A stretch of DNA of 64,000 nucleotides, taken from the NCBI RefSeq assembly GCF_036971445.1, contig NC_091477.1, forward strand, positions 99,324,001 to 99,388,000, written 5' to 3'. Positions 53,258 to 64,000 of the stretch are shown here, piece by piece. The DNA comes from Narcine bancroftii. Taxonomy: Eukaryota. Positions within the stretch are counted from its first letter, which is position 1, and every line of letters starts with the position of its first letter. The notes beneath the pieces were generated by a model that was given only the letters and a program-made list of their open reading frames with translations, made no database searches and was not told the DNA's origin. A program made the position numbers and the translations under genes.

Positions 53258-53922
53258 CTGTCCAAGCTCAGGCAAGCATCCCAAGTGCTATTATATTTGA
53301 CACTGCATTATATATGACTGATTTTAGTGAAGATATCCTCACAGAAGTGCAAATGTTTCACAGGTTATTCTTTTTTAAGTTTTAATTTTATTTTCCACAC
53401 TGTGAACCATATCAATCAAAAGACATACAAACATTTCCCTCTTAAATATACACAGTGGCATTTTCTCCCCTTTTTCTCCCCCTTCCCACCCCTCTCCAAA
53501 CCCATTAAACGTTCAACATATACAATACAATAAAATCATTAAACAATGTCATCACACAATGAAAATAATCAAGAAAATTGTGTCATCTACTTTTACACAC
53601 TGGATCAAGTCATTTTGTCTTCTTATCATTTTATCATTTTAGGGGGTGGAGGTCCACGGTAGGCCCTCTCTGTTCTGTTCCATGTACAGTTCCCAAATTT
53701 GTTCAAACAATGTGACTTTATTTTTTAAATTATATGTTATTTTTTCCAATGGAATACATTTATTCATTTCCATGTACCATTGCTGTTCTCTCAGGCTCTT
53801 TTCTTAGCTGTCCAAGCTCAGGCAAGCATCCCAAGTGCTATTATATTTGACACTGCATTATATATAACTGATTTTAGTGAAGATATCCTCACAGAAGTGC
53901 AAATGTTTCACAGGTTATTCTT
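53258..53922. repeat. 115-bp direct repeat flanking the L1 fragment
   Basis: 53258-53372 versus 53808-53922; one mismatch seen. Confidence 0.95.
53373..53807 (-). mobile_element. L1/Tx1 3' fragment
   Basis: Minus strand QQWYMEMNKCIPLEKITYNLKNKVTLFEQIWELY, AATAAA and A-rich tail. Confidence 0.85.
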
Positions 53923-55151
53923 GAGTTAATATCTGTCCTGATAGAGTTTGCTGCTGACTGTCCTTCCTACCCTCCTCTCCTTGCCCCTTCTCACATGTTC
54001 CTGCATTAAGTATACCCAAAAGACTCCACCAACAAATTGGAGTTGTTAGCAATTCCAACACCCATTACTAAGATCAAGCAGAGACCCAATTTTTGATGTC
54101 AGCAGAGTCTTTCAGTACTGCATATGTTCCACTAACCTTTCACTAATTTGGAGCCAAGCAACTCAGACCACAATTTTCATACATCCTTATTTGGAGCAAT
54201 ATGGGCACTTGTGGTACCCAAAACAACTGCAATGTATTACATTTTACTGCTTTTTAATGAGGGACCTTGGAATTAACCATTAAAAATGGCTATCAAAAAA
54301 AGCATTAAATCAAGATATTTATTCCATATTTATAATATGACTCCATACAAACATATCTTTTTAGAATAGAACTGAAACCAAATTCACCATATGATAGAAA
54401 TGGATTTAACTGCAGTAATTAATTTGTTGTTTTACTTGGGAACAAGAGTTTTATTTATATATATCTTAGACATTCTCCTTCGATTGTATTCCTGTCTTCA
54501 CTTACAACTTTGCCTTTTTGTACTCATTAGTTTGAACAGCTTTTATTCAAAATAGCCAGAGATATTTTATCGTGTTTATTAATCCAATTCCATGGTCCAA
54601 TTATGAATTAAATAGTTTTACATTTTATGCATTAAAAAATACAATTCACATTTAGTTTTTCAAAAATATTACTTTCAGCTTTAAGTGTGACAGCAGTTTT
54701 TTTTTGTTTTCCGAGCATCTTTTGTTTCTTACAATACCTATAAAATTGTTTAATTGAAAATGTTTAACTCAATTGAGGAAAAATGCACATAGTGGTAGAT
54801 CATATATGAATTTATGGCTTTCTTGGAGTAAGTTCAAGCATTTAAAAGTCTTGTATTTCTGAGTTACAAAATGTCATTGCAGTCCTTTGAGAGTTAATAG
54901 AAATTATTGCACTAATCTGATACAATGTAACAACAGAACATGGCTCCAGTCATCCTCCTGTGTGGTATTGATACTAATCAAGACCAGCACAGCTGACTTC
55001 TACCAAAGTATGGCTTTTCAATATTCCTCATTGGTGATGTTTTGGAATTTATTTAGTAAGAAGTAAGTAAGCAGATTTTTGTGTATTGCGCATGTAAATG
55101 GCCATAAACACATTATCATTAAATACTTGCACACTGAACATTAGAAACTTT

Positions 55152-55615
55152 GGGGGTGTTTCTACTGAGCCGGGAAAAGCGCGGTGATGCGAGGTGAAGC
55201 GCGGTGATGCACAGTGATGCGCAGTGACACCTCGAATCTGGACGCACTGTAAACACATCCGGTTGTGGCTGATGTGCGGCGATTCGAGGTGCTCCGGCGT
55301 CCTACTTTTGAGGTGGTCGATGCGGGGTGATGCGAGGGACGATCTTGCAGTGGAAACACCATGGGTGACTCACCAGAAGTCGCGATATTTCACCCGCGGC
55401 TTTCAATTGCTCATCAGACTTCCTGGTCACCTCGCATTGCCCTGCACCACCTCGCATTCCTCGCATCGCCCTGCATCACCCATTCATCGCCAATTCATCG
55501 CTCAGTAGAAACAGTTCGGGTAGTCCTAAAATGCGCGGTGATGCGAGGGACAAAAAATTGCGGTGATGCGAGTAGATGTGGGGTGATGCGAGGTGTCCTT
55601 AGTATAAACACACAC
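55152..55615. mobile_element. CpG-rich MITE, Harbinger-like
   Basis: Left end GGGGGTGTTTCTACTGAG and right end (reverse complement) GTGTGTGTTTATACTAAG. Internal GGTGATGCGAGG motifs in both orientations. Confidence 0.65.
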
Positions 55616-56384
55616 TACGACTGGGAGAAATTTGCACTCCATTTGAAATATAAAGTACTCAATACAGAAACTACATGTGTTGTAGCCTACAATAATGAAG
55701 CCAAGAATAATGCATGATTGCTTCTTATTCTGTATTTAATGCTATCAACCAAGCCTGAACTTCTATGTGGGATTTTAGAATTAGTGTGCATGCAATTAAC
55801 ATAAAGACCAAGAGAAAAACAACAATTTTAACTGTTTTCCTCAACATTATCCAATTTTCCAACCGTGTGTATTTATTTTAGAAACTGTTGAACCATGAAG
55901 AACAGAGCCAAAACTTGTAATTCTTCCTCAGCTCACACCATCATTCGAATTTCCAACCCCACGCTATCATCTAATATTTTAGATTATTATGCCAGTATTA
56001 TCAGTTGATAAAGTGATTTTGTATTCCCTTGACAGGATTTTTTCCCCCCATAGTCTGCATCCAATGTTTTATGCTCCAAGTAAATGACTGGTATTAAATT
56101 TGGAAATAATGGTGAGACCTCATTAGGAAAATGCTTCATTGCAAAATGATAAAACTGTGTGGATAAGGTAAGTAAATGCCATTCACTGTACTATCAGTAC
56201 CTGTACTGCAAAATGAATTGCTTTTTGACACTGGCATCTTTCCTTGGCCTCATATGACAAACAGCAAGACCATTCTGATGACTCTTCTGGAGTTGTTCGA
56301 TTGTTAACGAAGTCTGTAATATTCCTGCTGTTAACCATTAAATATAATGCAAAGACAGAAGAGACTGCAGGTTTCACTTCAGTT

Positions 56385-57500
56385 CCCCTTGGACCACCTA
56401 TCTTCTAATGACACCTGTCCCACCACTTTCCCCCCTCCGTTTCAAACTGGCCATCTTCCCACTCCTCATTCAGTCTTGATGAAGGGTCTCGACCTGAAAC
56501 CTTGACTCTCAATTTCCCTCCACAGATGCAGCTGGATGCACTGAGTTTCACCAGATGTTCATTCTTTTGCTACTAAATAAAATGGGAAATTGTTCTTCCA
56601 GGTGTAAAATACTCTTCAGAATCAGAATAGCCTCTGGCAATCTGAATCACAAGTTCTTTTTACTCCAAAATCAACTATTTTCTGCAGTAATAATAAAACA
56701 AAAAGCTGGAAATATCCACTATGTCAGGTCACCTCTGTAGGAAGAAGAAGAATCGAGTTAAGGGGTTGAAAAACAGGGAGGTAGACAACAGAAACGTGAG
56801 GCTTCAGGGAGAGTGGGGGGCTGGGGATATCTCTGATGGGGTAGAAAAAGGATGAGAATAGGGTTAAACTATAAATGGAGTCATCTGATGATTAAGAGCA
56901 GTTAAAGAGTAAGATCATGGAAATAAGAACCTGGGCCAAAGAATCTGGAAAGGGAAATGCAGGAGGATGACATGCCTGACAAATTAGCCTGAGCATTTTG
57001 TCCACTTCCAGTGGAGGAAGAAAAGAGAGAAGAACCTCAACAAGCTGAGTCAACACTATTGGCTCAATGTTGAAATCTAGACCTCCAACTAACTTGATTT
57101 CATGGTCTGGGTCGGTCACCCATCTGTGATATTGACTCAATTTGTTTGTTCTTCCTTTTTCAGTTCTGACTTATTGGAATTATCCTGTTACTGCAACCCA
57201 TACATTCTTTTATCCCAGTTTTTTTTTGTCCATGATCTCACCCAATATATGCTCCCATTCACTCACTAACCAGACAACTTATTTACAGCTTTTTCCCACG
57301 GTCATCCTGTTTTAACTCTATCAGAGACATCTCTCCTCCCCCACCCACCATGCAGTTTAAAAAACTTTTATCTCCTTCCTACATCAAACAATGAATTTAG
57401 ACATGAAACATTAACTCTGTTCATTTTCCCACAGGTACCATCTGCTTTGCTGACATTTTCTGGTTGATTTTATATTTCCAACATTTACAGATGTTTTTGT
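56385..57500. mobile_element. Cluster of Penelope-like terminal fragments
   Basis: Hammerhead-like terminus at 56471-56508, a reverse terminus ~56695-56770 and another ~57390-57500. Confidence 0.6.
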
Positions 57501-59753
57501 GTGCTGTTTATTATTTTCTGCAGTGCTCCCAACAGATGTGCTTTCTTTCCATACAAATAGTGTATTCTTATACCATGCTAAGATTTCTGCAATTTGTGTG
57601 GAAGTCCAGGGCTTGTTACAATTTCATTGCACAAATGCTAACAGCTTTAGAATTTGACGCCAAATTATAGGCTACTGAATATTAAATATAATCTCAAAAA
57701 AGGAGAGAAAGGTTCAATTTTAGGAAGCAATTCTAGGAAGAGGTGTCATAAAGGAATGAAAAGAGAGCAATGAACAAAACATCAAAACTGAACAGAGAAT
57801 TTTGAGGAGAAAGTTAAAAAGCTGAAGATGGCTTCAGAGAAAGGGATTTCAATAGAATAGTTCAACTGCAATGGTTCTTGAATTACACTGAACACAGGCC
57901 AGATATGAAAGCTTCCTGACTGTATCAGAGATTTGTATCTGGGAGCTCGGGTTTGACAGTAGATCGAACAAGAGGCTACGCAGATAGAGGAGCATTGGAT
58001 GTGAAGCCACAGACATGTGGTGTCTCTGAGAAGGTTTTCTTCTGCTTCTCCTTCTCTCATTATTGAGAACAGCAAGCAATGCAAGTAACCCCACTTAGTG
58101 TGCCTTCATGGAAGACAAATGTTGACAAATTTTGTGTATTATTCAATTTTATACATGAATACATGACAATAAATGAACCTTGACTGCAGATTCTCTTCCC
58201 AGAGGGCAATAAATGCGACTTTTCAACATTCTGTTAATCACCAATATTTTTTAAAAATTTCATATATGCTGAATTACTTGTATTTACATTTGGTAGTTAC
58301 CAGAGTGGAACTTTGATCTCTTGTCTCCAGATCTTGGCTCAAGACACACTCTGGTTACTTAACCTATACTACTCCCTATACCCATTTGTGCTTAAGAATC
58401 AGTCTCTACAAAAGGATGTTAGGTAAGTAAATGCAGAATAGTGACCAAATTATCATGTTAAAAATTCCAGCAATTCAGCTTTGGGGTTTAAAAAAAAGTT
58501 TTCCAGCATATTGATGTTCTTGTCCTTCTTCATTGTAAAGGTGTAGAATGTAGAAGTTGAACTAGAGGATGAGATTTGAGAAGTCAGGAAAAATGCTTGC
58601 TTTGAGCCCTAGTTATTGCTATTAAATGGCAAATCCAGACAACTTTCTGTTTATCAAGAAACTGTTGAGGAAACCAATGATATTTCATATTCAAAGCATA
58701 TGTAGTGTCCATTCTGCCCATAAATTTATGTCAGCTTTCAGTAACAATCTAATTGATCTCGCTTACCCATTTATTTCCCTGCCATCCATTTTCCATCACA
58801 TGCTCATCAACTCCACCCTAAATTACTCACTGACATGGAGGGTGATTAATCTACCTGACTATGTGGGAGGAAACTGAGAACCCCACATGGTCCCAAAGTG
58901 AATTTGCAAACTTCACATAGGTGATATTGAAGCTCAATTCAGGCTCTTTCCTGTTCCTTATCTGGTTTTCAGTGAAGGCCATTACTAGCACCTTGTCAAC
59001 CCATGCCTGCACATTACTTATTGTAGGTTGGCATATGTTGTCACATCAGCACAGAGAACATTCATGAGGCTATTGAAGATATTTTCCCCAGAGTATCTCC
59101 ATCAGCCATGACCTGAAGCTCTCATGGTTCCCCTTTACAAACACAATCATCTTCCTTTGTATGACTCGAGGCAGTTGATAGTTATTCGTTTGATCCCCAT
59201 TGACCCTTATTTTGCCAGATCTCTGGTGCCATAAATGGCTGAATTTTCCCTTGATGTCAAGGGCAACTGCTTTCACCTCTCACCATGTGTGTGTTTCCAT
59301 GCACTAAATGTGCATTTCATTAGATAGTATAAGTTAGCTCTCATCTAAAATGCATGATGCACAGACTAAAATAATTAACATCCCCAACAGAGCCTCATTG
59401 TTCTGTCTCTTGTCAGAATATCAGCCCACTTCTGACCGATTCAGCAAAGGTCAACATCATCTAACTATCTAATGATAAACTGCCGTCTGGGACAAAATAT
59501 ATCTGGGGAATCTTGTTTTAGGGGAAGGGTGGGTGGTAGGACAAACCTCAAGTTCTAAGGTTACTTTAATTTTTTTTGCTTATCTCTACTTTAATTATGA
59601 AAGGAATATTATGATAGCTCTAATGCCTGGAAGATTGACAATCAGTGTTTAAAATATGTTTCAGTTCTAAATCCATTGCAGAAAAGATTTGTGGTTTAAA
59701 AGTAATCCAATTGCGTTTGCAAAGCACTATATCTTTAAAATCAGGTCTGCAGC

Positions 59754-60138
59754 GGCTGTACCCTCTAAAATATGTATGTGCGCGCACACACATGATTTGA
59801 AACCAGCTCACAAAGAAATTAATGTGCGCACAAAAGGTTACTTGCCTAAAATTATGTAGAAATTAATAATCATACTTATTGAAAATAATCTCTTAGCTCT
59901 TTCTGTTAACTAGTTAGCCAGTTAAACAAGTAGTTGATCATATTTGTATTGTATTAAAACATGCCAATACAATTTTATTAGCCATGAGGGATAGGCTGTG
60001 CCAAAATTATTTTGAAACAATTTCAAGTTTACATTTTTTCAGGGATTAAATGTGCACATATTTTTGTCACAGGAAAAAAAAATTGTACTACATATGATTT
60101 TTGCACACATTCACCACTCAAAATTAAAGGCAACATTG
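59754..60138 (-). mobile_element. hAT MITE (same family as 40413-40756)
   Basis: Reverse-complement similarity; flanks TCTGCAGC/CCTGCAGT. Confidence 0.75.
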
Positions 60139-60244
60139 CCTGCAGTTGTTGCTTCTGAGATTTATGTCCTATATTGTTAAATTCTTTTATATACACCAAG
60201 TTCAAGGAATAAAGAAAAATATTACTTTTGATAAACAATATACT

Positions 60245-61060
60245 CTTAAGTGTGGCCTCATCAAGATCTGTAAAGTTGTGACACTACCTCTCTTGAACTC
60301 AATCCTCCTATTAATGAAGCCCAGCATCCCATAGGATGCCTATCAACCTGTTCAGCAACCTTGAGGGATTCATGGATTTTCACTCCAAGGTCCCTCTGTT
60401 CATCCACACTCTTAAGTAACTGACCATAAACCCTGTACTCATCTTTCTGATTTGTCCTTCCAAAATCCATCAATTCACACTTATTCAGATTGAGCTTCAT
60501 CTGCCACTTCTCCATCCATTTTTGCATCCTGTTTATATCCTCTTGTAACCTCTGACAACCTTCAGATCCATCCACAACTCCTACAACCTTCATATCATCC
60601 GCAAACGTTTACTGACCCATCCATCCACCTCTTCATCCAGGTCATTTATAAAAATCACAAAGAGCAGGGGTCCCAGAACAGATCCAGTCCACTAGTCACT
60701 GACCTCCAGGTGAATACTTCTACTACTACTCTCTGCTTTCTTCCTGCAAGCCCATTTTTTATCCACCCAGCCAAGGTTCCACTGATCCCATGCCTCATGA
60801 CTTTCTGAATGAATATCTCATTGGGGACCTTATCAAATGCCTTACTAAAATCCATATAGACACCATCTACCACCCTACATTCATCAATTTCCTTTATCTC
60901 CTCAAAAAACTCAATGAGGGTCCTGATGCATAACCTTCTCTTCACAAAGACATGCTGACTATCCCTGAGTAGACTGTACTTCTCCAAATGCTCATAGATC
61001 CTATCTTTATGATTCGTCTCCAATAATTTGCACACCACTGATGTAAGACTCACCGGCCTA
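60245..61060 (-). mobile_element. CR1 LINE RT fragment
   Basis: ORFs 60655-61074 (YRPVSLTSVVCKLLE, YMDFSKAFDKVP) and 60261-60593 (LQEDIN..WQMKLN..RDLGV). Confidence 0.92.
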
Positions 61061-61925
61061 TATCGTATTTTCATTCATATAGCATGCATATACATATAAT
61101 GTGTGGAAAATCTGAAATTATGCGAAAAAGTTCTCAAACAGCACACACTGTGCATGCATAGTATTAGTTGCTCCTCCCCAGCATCTCCATATTATATCCT
61201 ATAAAAGCCACAATAAAAAACAAAGTGATACATGTGCAGATAACATTATCAGCCTGTGTAGCTATCACCTGTATTCGACCTAGTCTGATCTGAAATAATC
61301 AAAAAATTTGCATTCAAGACCTTCTCATTTTGTGTTTCGCACATATTACGTTTGAGATCTAGAGTAGTTTTGACAGTGCGAGGAATCAAACACAAATCTT
61401 ACACCATTAACTTCAAACTGAAAGTAGTTATGAGAGCAGAATAAACTGGCAACAGAGGGGCAGCAAGAGAGTTCGACGTTGGCAAATCATCCATTCGTGA
61501 ATGGAGGAAAGAGAAAGATGAACCCGAGCCAAAATTGAAATGGCCCCAGTTAGAGTCTTGAAGGAGTGGGTTCTTAGTGAAAGGGAATAAAATCAGGCTG
61601 TATCTACAGTCACCATTCAGACAAAAGCAAGGCTATTGCCACGTTAAAGAGGTATCCTGAATTTCAAGGCAGTTACCCCGGATATCAAAGTTTATGAAGC
61701 AATTGTCGGTAAGAATTAGAACAACTGTAGGGCAGTGACGTCCAGAAAATTGGAAACAAAAAACCATCGCCAATGAAATTTATGAACATAGAATCACACC
61801 AGTGGACATTAATAACATGGATGAAGTCCCAAAGGCCTTTGATACCTCCGCCATAAAAACCGTAGCTGTTTCTGTAACAAAAAATGTGGGTACAACCACC
61901 ACCAGACATGAAAGGTTATGTACTT
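61061..61925 (+). mobile_element. pogo-family DNA transposon fragment with decayed transposase
   Basis: TA then tcgtattttc TIR-like start; SYTINFKLKVV..GNRGAAREFDVGKSSIREWRK (Brinker/HTH-like), KWPQLE, NMDEVP (DDE_1 start). Confidence 0.8.
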
Positions 61926-63320
61926 TTACAAATGCTCATAGATCCTATCCTTAAGCATCCTCTCCAATAGTTTGTGCACCACTAATGTAGATTCACCAGT
62001 CTATATTTCCCAGGATTCTCCCAATTACCTTTTTCAAATAAGGGAACTACATTTGCCATTCTCCAATCCTCTGGCACCTCCCCACGACAAAAGAGGACGC
62101 AAAGTTTATAGCTACTGCTCCAGCTATCTCTTTCCTCAATCTCACAGTAACCTGGGGCATATCATGTCCTGCCCCAGGGACTTAGCAATCTTGATCTTCT
62201 TAAGAAGCTGCAACACTTCCTCTTCCTTAATCTCCACATTGTCCAGCAGACAAGCCTATCCTAGTCAAACCTCACCTTTTCATCTGAGAATATTGAAGCA
62301 AAATATTCATTTTGGACATTTCCAACCTCCTCTGCCTCCAGGCACATGTTGTCTCCTTTATCCTTAACGGCCCCACCTTCATTCTCGTCATCCTTCTGTT
62401 CTTCACATATGCATAGAATGCCTTCAGGTTCTTCTTAATTCTTCATGCCAAAGCCTTCTCAAACCCTCTTCAAGCTCTCCTAAGTCCTTTCTTAAGCTCC
62501 TTCCTGGTTACCATATACTTCTCATGAGCCCTTCCTGTTTCCTGCTACCTATATCTAATTTATGCTTCCTCTTGATGAGCTGCCTCATTTGCTTCATCAA
62601 CCATGGTTCCCTTTCTCTATCATCTTTTCCCTGTCCCAGTGGGACCACTCTGCACAAGTGGTCCCTCCACATTGGTTCTGTGCTTTCACCCTTAAACATA
62701 TTTTTTCCAATTTATTCTCACTTGGTCCTGCCTCGATCAGAGACATCCTTGACCCTCGCACCTGGGAGGCAACATACCATACAGGAGCCTTGATCTCATT
62801 CATAGAACTTGCTATTCGTTTGCCTAACCAATGAGTTTCCAATCACCATAGCTCTCCTCTTCTCCCACTTTTCCTTCTGAGCCAAGGAGCCAACCTCTGC
62901 GCCAGAGTCATGACCACCATGACTTATCTCTAATAGATTTTACCCCCAACAGTATCCAAAACAGTATATTTGTTGTTGAGGGGAAAGGCCACAGGCACAA
63001 TCTGCACTGTTTGTCTACTCCCATTCCCTCTCCTAACAGTCACCCAGCTATCTGCCTCCTAACATTTGGGAGTGACTGTCTCCCTGAAGCTCCTTTCTAT
63101 CACAACCTCTGCCTCCCGAATAATCCTGTGTTCATCCAGCTCCAGTTCTCTAGCTTGGTCTCCCAGGAGCTGCAGCTGGATGCACTTCTTGTAGATTTAG
63201 TCATCAGGGGCAATAGTGCTGTCCCAGATTTCCCACATGTTGCACTCTGAACATACAATTGCCCAAGCTGCTGTCTCCATTAACTCTTCCTAATTTAAAT
63301 ACAAGGACCTTACCTGGGCT
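61926..63320 (-). mobile_element. CR1 LINE (ORF2 N-terminal/RT start and ORF1 remnants)
   Basis: REPWLMKQMRQLIKRK; ORF1-like WYVASQVRGSRM region; gagctgcagctggatgcac segment similar to 2497-2515. Confidence 0.8.
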
Positions 63321-63899
63321 TACTTTGTCAGAAACAAACTCATCCTCAGCCTTTTCTCATCAAAGCCTCATGAGTCAAAACCTGTAAGTCCCACTCCTAG
63401 CCTGAGCCACTCACACATTTGCCACTCTCCATTGGCTACTCTTCTTGTGCTACCCCTCTTTTTAGTTGTCCTTATTACTCCTCCCACCAATCACCATTCT
63501 GTTTAACCCTTACTTGACCTCAGCTCACTTTTTAAATGGACTCACCTTAAGCTAGTTCCCGACACTCACAGCACTCCCAAGTTCCTCGCTTCATGTAAAT
63601 TATGAAAACCCATAATATGAAAACAAAGACACAGGGCAATGACTGAGTCAAATTTACCTCAGCCACCTTTTGAGTATCTATCATGTTCAACAAATGTCCC
63701 AATCTCTGGATCTTTGATGTTGTTATTCCCATCCTTTACATGTATGTCTACTCAGTATTATTTCCTCTAACTTTGTGTCATCAAGGAAATACGGAGAGTC
63801 ACAGAGATACACAGAGACCTTCCAGAACATGTGCATATTGTGTTTACCACACTCTACTCAACACAAATGCACAATGTTGCATGCAAACGTAGACTATGA

Positions 63900-64000
63900 C
63901 AGTGGATCTCAACCTTTTTTTTTCCACTCACATACCACTTTAAGTATCCCCATGCCATCAATGCTCTGTGATTAGTAAGGGATTATTTAAGGTGGGATGT
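63900..64000. mobile_element. hAT/Charlie-like MITE, truncated by the window end
   Basis: cagtggatctcaacctttttt..ccactcacataccactttaag, as at 42323. Confidence 0.7.

Noticed and set aside
56275-56305. CTGATGA followed by a small stem as a hammerhead or C/D snoRNA
   Set aside because: No GAAA follows the stem and no convincing terminal stem or partner box was seen.

Overview
This is AT-rich, CpG-depleted vertebrate genomic DNA with no intact host gene. The repeat set (V-SINE, CR1 with an SGNH-type ORF1, Rex1/Babar, Penelope-like, RTE, L1/Tx1, Gypsy, pogo, hAT and Harbinger-like MITEs) points to a cartilaginous fish, probably a ray; this is inference. The main non-repeat signal is a heavily decayed multi-exon cadherin gene on the + strand. 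It runs from the window start to about 31.2 kb. Its scattered cadherin-repeat motifs, one preserved GT-AG intron and C-terminal fragments best match Dachsous-2 (DCHS2) by my recollection of that protein, so it is a likely ancient unitary pseudogene. The remainder is nested transposon debris: eight young RTE LINE copies, degenerate hammerhead-ribozyme motifs at Penelope-like ends, three solo LTRs and an L1 insertion with a 115-bp flanking duplication. All protein similarities were judged by eye and no searches were run.
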